From Adineta vaga (Eukaryota > Animalia > Rotifera), in the NCBI GenBank assembly GCA_021613535.1, contig CP075492.1, positions 1,488,001-1,552,000 of the forward strand: a DNA stretch of 64,000 nucleotides, read 5' to 3'. The stretch's first letter is position 1, and every line of letters begins with the position of its first letter. Shown piece after piece: positions 52,133 to 63,653 of the stretch. Both the position numbers and the translations under genes were made by a program. The notes under the pieces are model-generated. The model did no database searches and was not told the DNA's origin. It saw nothing but the letters and a program-made list of their open reading frames with translations.

Positions 52133-52370
52133 TAGGGTGTGTGTGAAGATACCATTGCGGTGAAACAACGTTTACTAAAACCTACAGCCTCACCATAGCT
52201 AGTTAAAAATTGAAATTCAAAGCATAGCTCTTTTAATATGTCTGACATATAAATGGAACTGTAGACAAAAATAGTTCTTAACGAAATTTTTTCTATTATG
52301 ATATTAGTTGCGGATGTGGATGTCATTAGGAGTTCAGAGATAATAATACTCCGATCTCCACACCCTCAAA
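52133..52370. mobile_element. Longer member of the telomere-like-terminus MITE family
   Basis: tagggtgtgtgtgaag ... gagttcagagataataatactccgatctccacaccctcaa. Confidence 0.6.
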
Positions 52371-52678
52371 ATGGTGATCATTGTTTGCTGAAAACTCCAT
52401 CTTTATTGTTCCTGACCAACCAATGGAATTTCAACAGAAGTGAACATCACATGCGGATTGGATGCTGTGAGCGAACGAGCGCATGAACATCTCCTCAGAG
52501 CATAACCCTTCTTTCAGCAAAAAGAAATTACATTGATTAGTCGTATTTTTTGTTACAGAGATCGATTCAGAACATATGGTGAACTACTTTATAAATCCTT
52601 TGTTAAAGCCATTTTGCCGACTGAACATAAATCTGACGCCAATTTAATCTTGAGGGTGTGGGTAAATATAGAGATCGG

Positions 52679-53258
52679 TGTACCAATAGGCTATATATTT
52701 AGCATTCACAGTATGACGTTTCCTTTTCTTAGAGCCTATATTCATCGTGATTGTACACAAATGGAAACTCATTTAACAGTTATTATGTAACATGATGCGT
52801 GAAGAGGAATCACGTTAGTATAACGTTACATGAGAGGAGAATATATGATCAGCGTTACGAGTGCATCATGAGATGATAGATTAGAGTAATTATTAATGTT
52901 CTAAATACAATCTAATTATATCAGCAATCTATATAGTTCAATGTTTGATCTCATTGGATGTTGTACTTCTATCTCTTTTCTGTTCTTCCATTAACTAGTT
53001 GTATGATTCCATGTTCTCTCTCTCTCTCTTTCTTTCTTTCTAGTATATAAGTTCATGTTGTATGTGAAATAGCTGCACTTGGACGTAGATCATAGTTGAA
53101 TAAACACCGTGTCGTAAGACACACAAACCTATGTCTCTCCATTTGTAAGTAACGAATAAAGATTTGAACTAGCTCAATCAATATCAATGCTATACAAGAC
53201 AGTAAGAGTTAGATACATATTATGGTATTTAGTTCATCCATCTTTAAAATTCGTTACA
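52679..53258 (+). mobile_element. Solo LTR (580 bp, TG...CA, 5-bp TSD ATCGG) inserted in a mini-MITE (52648-53299)
   Basis: Begins TGTACCAAT and ends ATTCGTTACA. ATCGG at 52674-52678 and 53259-53263. TATATAA at ~53044 and AATAAA at ~53099 and ~53155. Confidence 0.85.
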
Positions 53259-53407
53259 ATCGGTGTATGATTATCTCTGAACTCTCACCCACATCTTCAT
53301 GTCCCGATAGGTAATGGATAACTACTTGTATGCATTACATACACATCAACATCCATTTTTTTTATTTCAACTGCTTTCTTTTACCAAAATATAAATCATA
53401 TAGTTAC

Positions 53408-54388
53408 TTAAGCAATATGTTGTGGACAACGACATACATTAAGCAGAACACGTTTTAATTCTGAACGAAAGGTTTTTGATACCAATATATTTGTATAAAA
53501 ACTAATCCCATTCTCAATAAAATATACGAAAGATGTTATTAACAAAATGTATTGTTCAATCAGTTGTTGTTCTACACTTTTTTCATTACGACGTGTAATT
53601 TCTTGATACATGTAACAAATTGTAATCGGAAATTTGAACAAAATAAAACTGACAAGTTCCACAAGTAGTATTCGAATCAATTGCCGATCTTTTGATTGAA
53701 GTATTCGTGGTCTACCAATCACAACAACAACAGCTGAATTTGATGTGCCGGACTGTTGCGTTGCACGGCTAATTCCACGAATATTTTTCACTGTCCAACA
53801 TCCAAAAATCAGCATGAGAACAGGTAGAAATAGACCATTGATAAAAAGTGAATAATAAGAGACGAATGTTGTATATGCACCTGGTTCATGAAAACAAATG
53901 AAATAATCAGGTCCATATTGCAGGATTCGTATATAAATTAATGCATGTACATGGAAAATTGCCCAAAATAAACATGTAACAATAATACTGATGACAATCA
54001 ATCGTCGTGTGCTAAGTCTTCTTGTTAAAGCATTTGGTGAAGTGACTAAAGTCCGATCAATAGAGGCTATAATTAGACAAGATGGTTCCCAACATGCGAG
54101 AACAAAGGCTATATAGTAACGGAATCGACAAAAGCCTATGTTCATTTTAGATAGATCAATATCATAACCAAATGTGAGCATTACAAAAAGAAAGCCCACG
54201 TAGAAGTAAATAAGATTCATACTATTGAAAATGATGAAACATATTGTACATGGATTTTTTCGAAGAGTATTCTGTGTAAATACCATTAGATTTAACACAG
54301 AACCTATAGTGCCAAAAGCTATGAGTATGGGACCACCATACTTAAATAGATTTTCTTGAAAGGAGTAGAGAAATGCTGATGTCGACAT
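53408..54388 (-). CDS. Class A GPCR, intronless
   Basis: GTIGSVLNLMVF, NPCTICF, FCRFRYY, ASIDR, KFP and FYTNILVSKTFRSE; seven TM segments. Confidence 0.92.
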   Translation of the reverse strand: MSTSAFLYSFQENLFKYGGPILIAFGTIGSVLNLMVFTQNTLRKNPCTICFIIFNSMNLIYFYVGFLFVMLTFGYDIDLSKMNIGFCRFRYYIAFVLACWEPSCLIIASIDRTLVTSPNALTRRLSTRRLIVISIIVTCLFWAIFHVHALIYIRILQYGPDYFICFHEPGAYTTFVSYYSLFINGLFLPVLMLIFGCWTVKNIRGISRATQQSGTSNSAVVVVIGRPRILQSKDRQLIRILLVELVSFILFKFPITICYMYQEITRRNEKSVEQQLIEQYILLITSFVYFIENGISFYTNILVSKTFRSELKRVLLNVCRCPQHIA

Positions 54389-54700
54389 TGATGTAAAAAG
54401 AAGAAAACTAAAATGAATGTGAAAAAAAAGAAGTTTATTTCTTTAGATATATTTCAATGACGTAGATTTCTATTTCTAGCACTTTAGGGATGATAGAATG
54501 AAAGATTTCGATGAAAATAAAAATATAGAAAGTGATGACATGTGTATGTCATTCAAGAATATTTGATGAACGACCCAACAGCAGAGATTAAAGCAGAATT
54601 TGTATTTAGATTAAATCATTAAAAAGATTTATTTATTCATATTTTTTCTCATACATACTATCTATGACAGTGGAAAAATGATGTTATCATCGTCTTATTT

Positions 54701-55357
54701 CTTCATAGTAAGTTAGGAAAGAATTTCTTTGTGTATAAATTGATAGAGCACCTCTGACTCTATTCTCCAGGCCATTTCATGATACTGAATCTTTGATAGA
54801 CTTCGTTTTATTATCATTTATGCTGTTAGCATAGATTAAATGACTTAGGCTGTCATTACATTTCCAAACAGATTATTAGATGGAGGACGAGAAACTGTAC
54901 AGTTTATACAACGCTACATCTTCTATCATCGTACTTTTTGTTTTGAAAATGAAGACAATTTTGGGAGAACAATTTTTCGTTTTGCAAAAGTTATAGTAGC
55001 ATAGAATTTTGCTTCTTGCAAAAACGATAACAACGAGCATTACTCAGTAGATCGTACGAACTTTTTTCTATTCGACCGCACCTGAATCTCTCAAAATTTT
55101 ATTCATTTTAAAAGCGAAAATGCGACTATAGAATAAATGATATTATGTAAAATGTAGAGTTTCTTATCGTGCATCTAATAATCTGTTTGGAAATCGTAAT
55201 GACAGAACCTAAGTCATTTAATCTATGCTAACAGCATAAATGATAATAAAACAAAGTCTTATTAAAGATTCAGTATCATGAAATAGCCTAGAGAATAGAG
55301 TCAGAGGCGCTCTATCTATTTATACACAAAGAAAAATCTTTCTAGTTTACTATGAAG
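54701..55357. mobile_element. Older foldback MITE with long imperfect inverted arms (possibly piggyBac-like, right end AGGGTTA)
   Basis: cttcatagtaa..tgctgttagcatagattaaatgacttagg..ccaaacagattattagatg is the reverse complement of ~55172-55357 with scattered mismatches. Confidence 0.85.
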
Positions 55358-56235
55358 GGTTATGTCCAGATAAAATGACACTTCGTCGATTGTGCCTTGA
55401 TATTTTGTTTTTGTCGATAAGAACATTTCTAAACACTATTCTAGATGCAATTTTTCATTCTGATTACGAATCTAACATACATTTTTTGGAAAAGAAACTT
55501 TTTTATTTAAAAAATTAGATTCTAAACTTGTTGAAAAGCGTAATTTGGATGTGCTTATTAGAAAATTTCTCGAAAACAATTCGCCTATGCATATCACTCG
55601 ATGCAGAATGTTATTAGCTATTATTTATTTCAATAATAAAAGTACCTGAAGGAGCAATAATTAATCTAGGATTTAGCAATAAGTTGTGAGCAATTTTATA
55701 TGATTAAATGTATCATAATTGATTCAGTAAATAGCAATAGTAATTTCATATTTTAGCAATAAAGAAAAAAACTAAAACATTTTTAGTTACAATTGATAAT
55801 AATAAAAAAGAAAAATGAAATAATAATGTATTATTGTGTCAATATGGTTTTTTTGCCTTAAATGATCTGCTTGTAAATACAGTTTGAATGTATGATGACG
55901 AGAGTGAAGGCGGAAAGTAATTTCGGGACGGAATTCCGTTTAACTCCGCTTCTCTCCAGTTTCGGAAACTGAAAGGAATTTCCGGGAATGGGATAGAACT
56001 GATTTCTGGATATGCAATATCACGGACGGATACATTCTGACAATATTGGAAGGTCATGACAAATCACAAATTGGTACCAATTTCTACTGAAAACTTGATC
56101 GCCGATATCTGATTTTTAAACCAGAAATCAGATACACCGTGAGGTTTAGTAGGCGTTAGATAGATGTAGTACTCACACCCTCACCCATCGCCTTGAAAAC
56201 CAACTGTGTCTCTCTGAATTTCTCCACTGCTTTTT

Positions 56236-56640
56236 GAAAGTAGTTGTCAGGACTAAAATGAAAATTTATCCATATGTCTTCACTTGATTTATCTTTCTAT
56301 GACTTTTCCCACGTCTTCTAGGGAGCTGCTGCTACAACCAGAAGGAAAATTTACGCATATCTTTATTTTGCTTAATATTTCTGACTTTTTCTCACTTCCT
56401 CTGGTAAGTAGTTGTCAGGATCAAAAGAAAAACTAATCCATATGTCTTCATTTACTTTGTATTTTCTGACTTTTTTCGCTTCCTCTTGAAGACAATTGTC
56501 AGGAGCAAAATGGAAATTGGTTCACATCTCTTAATTTGCTTTTCATTTCTCTGATTTTCTTTAATTTCCGCTTGAAAGCAAGTGGTAGAATCAAAAAAAA
56601 AACCGATCCATATGTCTTCATTTGCTTTCCATTTTCTCCT
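56236..56640. repeat. Degenerate tandem repeat, ~84-85-bp unit x5, with dimeric ~169-bp higher order
   Basis: catatg/catatc/cacatc anchors at 56271, 56356, 56439, 56523 and 56609. Units 1, 3 and 5 share atccatatgtcttca. Confidence 0.75.
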
Positions 56641-57189
56641 TGCCTATGGAGAGATGCATCCCGCGTTTCTCTCTCACATTCGACCTAAGCTCTTTGAAAA
56701 TATCATGGTCTGCGTAAAAATAGTTCTTTTGGCAGAAAGATCACTGATCAATACCTTTTTGCTTGTTTATCTTCTTGGAAACCAACCATTTCTGACTGAG
56801 ATGAGATAGTTTATGTGAAAGAAGTGAGAAAAACAGATGATCATTTTCTCTCAGATTTTATCCATTTCAGAAGCCGCTTTTCATTGGTATCAAATGTTTG
56901 TAATAGAAATCGTTTCGCCTGACTTTTTAGGAAAAGTATTTGTCTGTGAATGGATTCATTTCCCTCTTTTGGATGATATTACAACAGCCTTTTTTAGACT
57001 CAAGAAAAAAGTGAAAACAATTATTTTTTATGTTCATGTCTCTTTATCATCTATATTACATACTTACTAATATTAGATTTGATGTTCACTTAGCTTAGGG
57101 ACAGAAGTGTATAGTGAATGTCTATATTTGGAAAAAGTGCTTTTTCTATTTCATTGATACTAACACGTTTTATGTTTCATTTTGAGATA

Positions 57190-58961
57190 ATGGAGGCAAG
57201 AAAAGGTACCACCATGTTAAAGCGCCGATTGAGAAAAATACACATTAAGCTGGTGACACTCAATTTCTACGCATCCCCATCATCCGACTTGTACAAGGAG
57301 CAAACAGGGCGATGGGCAACTCGACTCTATCTCATCCTCTTACTTGTTTCCACTGTCGTTCTCACCTTCTACTCATCGCTCACGTACGACACAGAAACGG
57401 TAATCATTCAACAACCGAGCCTGGACACATTTCTCGCTCTTCAATCGGCTAGCAAACAAAGTCTGTCTTGTCCGTGCAAACAGATCTCCATTTTGCGATC
57501 GTCGCTAATTTCATTCTCACCCAAGTTTCATCAATACTGCTCGTCGGACTTCCTATCCGACCACTGGTTTAACTTCTTGACTGCCATTGAGTTATTGAAT
57601 TGGTCATCAGACAACAACAACTGGCGCTGGGGCATTCTAGTTAGATTTCGCTTTTTGGAGGCAATGTGTAATCTCACAGCCAACATTGTGAACGATGCTC
57701 TACGCACATTTGGTCAACAATCGTTCGTCACAGCAGTCGCTCTCGATCCATCCGTATTCGATTTTCAGACAACTCTCCTTGCTCGTGCACTAGAACATGG
57801 TGAGTAGAATTGTTGTTGAGAACACAACCCATGCGCAACTCTCTCCAATCTAACCGATGGAAATAAGTCGATTTGCGAATTTGGAATAGCGTTATCAAAC
57901 ACAGCATTAAATAGGTTTCTCTAATGAAAATATTCAGATACATTATGAGTTGTTTATTTTTGGATATGCAGATTTGAAAATACATCACAACCGCCGGAAT
58001 AAGAGACAATAGAGTCTAGAATCTCCCAGCTTTCGGAATATTCCCATAGGAAATCTTTTTCTTGCAACGTGAATATTTTCAACAGTTCGCTGAGTTTCTT
58101 TTCGAAGTCGTGGATTGATCCCTCACCCTGGAATAGAATGAAAGACTTCCTTTTCTATCAGCAAGCGAACAGTGACCGGTGTGCGAAAAAAAGGAAATAG
58201 AACATTATTTGTTTCCTGTGTTTTCAGACACGACCACCTCATTTTCTCGTACATTAAATCTAATTATCTTAAATAAGCGTTATGAACAAACGCTAAATGT
58301 TTACAAGACCAACGTCAACTTGCAGTTCAATAACCACTTTATTGGCATGTATCCGATGTTGTACAACAGCAATACATGCGAATGTGCTAAAAAGATTACC
58401 TGTTTTGAACAAGCCCCACTCGCTATCAACAACACTATCGTCACGCTGGTGCGTGGCTGGTACATGGGATGCTTTATAATCGATTCTCTCATGCAATCCA
58501 CGCTCGAATGTTACTATGATCAAGTTTGTATTGATTCAATCTATGCGGCTCATCTAATTTGGAGTTGGGGCTCCATACAGTGGAACATCACAGCGCCACG
58601 TTCTCGGCCATTAAATGCTACTCGTGCAACAATGAGCCGCTTTCCACCAAATACGACCATAGGTGATTGCATAGGTAAGCTACTCGTTGAGAATTGGCAC
58701 GCGGAAACTCACTTTAAGGCATACTATAACGAGTGTCAACCGATTCAATGTTTCTACACTGAGAGACTTCGCAAAAATTTCATCGCGATTGTCACAACGA
58801 TCATCGCCATGCTCGGCGGATTGACGACAGCACTTAATATCCTGGTGCCCAATACAGTGCGATTTTTACGTGGTCCCGTTGCAAAAGTTTTCTCACAACT
58901 TTATCCTAAAATCCGTCGACGACGTATGAGGGTGTCTACGGTCGCTACCATCGCTCATTGA
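57190..58961 (+). CDS. Single-module member of the TM / Cys-rich / TM family; exons 57190-57799 and 58228-58961
   Basis: WATRLYLILL, LSCPCKQISI, FHQYCSSDF, GCFIIDSLMQSTLECYYDQVC, LLVENW, YYNECQPIQCFY and IIAMLGGL. Phase-1 GT-AG intron in frame. Confidence 0.88.
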
Positions 58962-59166
58962 CTATAGAACTTGTTTGCTTTAGATGTGAATGTTGTCAGT
59001 GATATTTAAATAAAATTCTACTTCTTTGTTATCATTACCAAAATCAGACTTACGATTGACATTGAAGAATACGCACACAAGATCATTTTGTGAGCTATAC
59101 AAGGACTGAGAAAGGAAAATTCCCTAAAATAATGAAGAATGACGCTCGTCCACACACCCTAATTGA

Positions 59167-59351
59167 ACGTAGGGTATCTTAGACTAGGATTCGAGTTTTT
59201 TCTAAATGGATTCGCCCGAAGGTTAGACCAACATTAGACCAAGATGCAGCTCGACGAGCTGCATCTTGGTCTAATGTTGGTCTAACTTGGTCTAACCTTC
59301 GGGCGAATCCATTTAGAAAAAACTCGAATCCTAGTCTAAGATACCCTACGT
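59167..59351. mobile_element. Perfect hairpin element (87-bp arms, 1-nt loop, 10-bp duplication in right arm)
   Basis: acgtagggtatcttag...gcagctcg-A-cgagctgc...ctaagataccctacgt, centre at 59254. The right arm has an extra cttggtctaa. Confidence 0.9.
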
Positions 59352-60175
59352 ATTATTTACCTTCATTGTTAAAATTTAAACACGACGTTTATGTTCTTAC
59401 GTTTCAAAAGAAATGTCTTTATACTTATCGAAAAACAAATACAAGTTAACTGATAAATAACGATGTTAAATATACTAAATTAATAAAGTGAGAGATAGCT
59501 CATAGGTCGAAATGGGTACGTTAGATTCTATCGGTTATATATTGTCGGATTCCGACGCTCTCCATTTTTTTCCTTCCATATCTATAAATCGGATCCCTCA
59601 AGTTCCGATCGAATTCATATATTCAGAACCTGTCAGGCCGGATCTCGGGCTCCGACTACTTTCGATAAGATCCCGGTGGATCTTGTGTTAAGAAACAGTC
59701 GGAACTCATATATATTTTTCAAAGAAAGATAAGTGAGTCTAAGTTTTAAGTCGAAAAATTTGGCCCGCTTCCCTCCCGCGCCCTCTATTACAGACATTTC
59801 TCCCTTGTAGACAAGTCCTCATCAAAGAAAATATTCCATTACAGGCATGATTCTATTATAGCCAACACTTCATTACAACAATAACCCGATTTCAAGCAAA
59901 ACCCCATTAAATGCAGGCTATTGTCGCAAATAGATTCTGTGAGTTCCCCATTTTAGTCCTCAAGGGGCTGCACTGAAAAGCTCTTCTAGCATAAAACTGG
60001 GGAGATTCGGTAGGATTCATTTAAGGTTCAATGTCGGAATTGCCCAGAAAACTAAATATGTAATTTACTCAAATGGCTAAAATATTTTGTAAGAAGGAAA
60101 GCAAGGAGTAAAAAGCGCATCTTGAATGCCCGGATCCTACAAACTTTTTTGGAACCTGACGGATCCTGATGGAAC

Positions 60176-60225
60176 TTCGTGGGTGTGGGTTGATATAAAG
60201 AATCGAGACCCACACCCACCCTCAA
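60176..60225. mobile_element. Mini-MITE with telomere-like termini
   Basis: gtgggtgtgggttgat...gacccacacccaccctcaa. Confidence 0.7.
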
Positions 60226-61681
60226 TCTCATTTGAAACTTGAATTGAAGATTTCAATTTATGCAAGAATTTTTAATTGAATTCAAGTTTCAAGTTCGACA
60301 CTACTGCTCTGTTGAGTTATTTCTTTGTTGTTTGTTATGGTAAATGCATCTATCTATTATATAACATAAACGTATATACTAGAGAGAAAAAGAAAAAAGA
60401 ACGCGGAGGAAAAGATTACATATTGCATGAACAAGAACAACGAGTGCTGATAAAATATACGATTAGCCATCGTCTTCTTTCTTTTCTCCTTTATGTAATT
60501 AAGCATTTGTTCTCTCGACAATATTCACGCACTTCTCTTTACCTCTTTCTTTCCTCTTCTATATGACCCTTTGACTTAGCGATAGCTATACTATTTCTAT
60601 ATTATGTGTGAGCTTCGATATTTTTCTGTTAACATAATACTGTATGTTCCGAGTACTATATAAAGGATGAAGAGGATAATACAGTATAATACAAACATAC
60701 ATTCTTATACAGTTCTATACGAACTCAGAAATAGTCACAATTGGCTATCCCTAGTTACTCAACCTACTCTTCTAATCTAAATCAAGATTGACTATAACTT
60801 AACAACTACACTTATTCATATCATGGGTGATAAAGAAAAGAAAATGTCTATACCAGAAGCATTTGATCACATGTGAAAAACTTTAAACACTCATGCTGAC
60901 AGTATACGTACGATCCAACTCCTCAATAATCAATATGTGTGTCAAATGACCAGAGAACAGCAAATCTCACTTATTTTCAACCCATAACATCAACTGCAAG
61001 GACCATTGCGGTTCCACCAATCTTCTCTTTTCCAATATTTGTTGGAAAGTTCACTGATCGACCTGGACAACTCTTAAAAGATTCTGCTTTAGAATGATTT
61101 TATTAAACACTTATTCTGCAAAATGTGAACCGATATGCTAACATTAATGAATGACAATCGTTCATCGACTCTTAAAGAAATATTATATTTACGAAACAAA
61201 GAAGCTCGACGACGCGCAAATCAACGATCGAAACCAAATACAAATACACCATTATTAACAGTAAACACACCAAATCAATATGCAACACGTAATATAAAAT
61301 CTACCTCAGCCACTCATTATACAGCAACTTGCTCCCTTAGTGAAACTCGTTGAATCTATGATTTAACAGAATATACCCAACAATCACTACCTCGACGTTC
61401 AAAAAGCAGTTAAGGAGTTTTCGTAAAGCGAGAATACAAAACTCCTATTATTTTAAGCCGCAACCTACCAGCATATTACATGTTTTTCCTAATCACCCAT
61501 TAACAATTCATGGAAGAATCGGCGCATTATCAATTACCTTTTCAATCGATACTGACTCTACCCTTGTTCTTATCAATTCTCAAGTTTTCAATCAATTAAA
61601 CTCTCGACTCGCACAATCACGAGACAAACCGCCTTCATCATTGTCATTACATCTAGCTGCTCATTCTCCACTCACTATAAA

Positions 61682-63080
61682 ATGGGTCGTAAATCAACTT
61701 TCACTTTCAACAACACAACACGTTGGCATCTTGCATACGTAGTATCAAATTTATGGCGGCCATTCATCATCGGCAACAACTTTATTCGTACACACAGACT
61801 TGTTATCTATGGTGCACGTCAACATCTCTACTTTTCATCACAACCATCTCAATCTTATAATCGCTCACTACCCAAAACAAATTCTCTATTCACCCAACAT
61901 AACTCCCAGAATACAATCTCATCTCATAACCCACCCCAAATCTATGATATTTCACATTCAAATGAACAAGAACCACTCGAACAACCCGATTTGTCAAATT
62001 CCATATTAAATGAACATCAACAAAAACAATTATCGAATGTTATTCAGTCATTCCCACAACTGTTTACCAACACACCAGGACGTACAAATATAATAAAGCA
62101 TCATAGTGAAGTACAACCGAGTAGCAAACCATGCAACTCACCTCCGTATTGTTACGCTCCAGCACGCCGTCAAGTTATCGAAGAAGAACTCACTGCAATG
62201 TTAAAAGAAGGTGTCATTATTCCATCTAAAAGTTCATGGGCATCCCCAGTAGTATTGGCTCCTAAGAAGAATGGAACGATGCGTTTCTGCATAGATTATC
62301 GCAAACTAAATAATCTTACAATAAGGTATGCGTACCCATTACCTCACATCGACGATACCTTAGATTCATTACAACAAGCTCAGTTTTTCTCAACACTCGA
62401 CTTCCGATCTGGTTACTGGCAAGTTGAAATGGACGAAGCTAGTAAACCACTTACAGCATTTGTTACACACAGAGGTCTTTTCGAATGTACAGTTATGCCG
62501 TTTGGCCTTACAAATGCTCCAGCAACATTTCAGCGATTAATGGATATCGTATTAGCAGGACTTAAATGGCAATGTTGTTTAGTATATTTAGACGCTATTA
62601 TTGTATTCTCCACAACATTTGAACAGCATCAACATGACTTACGAAAAGTCTTTACTGCTCTATCCAAGGCAAACCTGACACTCAAAGTCTCAAAGTGCAA
62701 TTTTTGCCTTCCTGAGATCATATACTTGTGACACTTAGTCACATCTGAAGGTATTAAAACAACGACTAGTATTACCGCCTATTATGCAACCTCCAAACTT
62801 TTCTTATCCATTTATACTGCAATTGGACGCATGTGAATACGGTATTGGATGCGTACTTACCCAAGAATATGACAAACACACATGTGTTATTGCATACGCT
62901 AGCCGGACACTCAATACAGCGGAAAGAAACTACAGCGCAGTCGAACGCGAGGCTCTCGCTATCGTCTGGGCAACCAAACATTTCCGACAATATATCGAAG
63001 AAGGCCCAACCATCGTTCGTTCTGACTGTAAGGCCCTACAGTGTTTGAAAAGCACTCGAGATCCAACTGGCCGATTTCAA
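61682..63080 (+). pseudogene. pol: Gypsy pol remnant (RT + RNase H), inactivated
   Basis: SSWASPVVL, RFCIDYRKLN, MPFGLTNAPATFQR, YLDA (normally YLDD), a stop after EIIYL, LQLDACEYGIGCVL, ERNYSAVEREALAIVWA. No integrase seen. Confidence 0.9.
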
Positions 63081-63084
63081 ATCT

Positions 63085-63653
63085 TAACTGATTCAGTATT
63101 CATACATCGTGTTGGAGAGCATTCGGTAGTGTCAACAAATTCAACTACTAAATGTCACACTGTTAAAACTTTTGATACGGAACAGCACATGATTAAAAAA
63201 CAATGAAGAAATCACTTTACTTCCAGTGGCTCTTATTACAACTATGGATACAAAATCTTTAGCATGTGATAAATTTTCCTTACCCGTATTACCAACCAAG
63301 GTGGGGAAAACACTCTCGTTTATACAAAATGCAGCCATGAATCCAATAGACAAAGATTTAATCGACTTACATTCAATGATTAGTAACCAAACTCATTGGG
63401 CAAAATTACCGCATATTCCATCGAATATGCAAGCTATTATTGATTTTATTTCCAATACTCCAAAACCGGAATTGACATTTAGATATAAAGAATAGATGAA
63501 TCATTCAATTTCATTTACTGGCATTATCATTGCAGCTTTTAGTATTATTTTCGGTTAAAAAGAAATAAATCTCCAAATTTGACAGTTGGTCTCCCAGCTG
63601 GTGCGTTAGAATTAACAACAATTGAAGCCCTTAAATCGAAAGCTGTCTCATAA
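63085..63653 (+). pseudogene. env-like ORF3 C-terminal remnant with TM segment
   Basis: After an abrupt junction following RDPTGR, a non-pol Cys-containing sequence runs to SISFTGIIIAAFSIIFG plus a short tail, between pol and the PPT. Confidence 0.55.

Noticed and set aside
20101-60225. CRISPR-like array from the recurring CACCCACACCCTCAAG motif
   Set aside because: Copies are kilobases apart, in inverted pairs, with no regular spacers and no cas genes; the context is eukaryotic.
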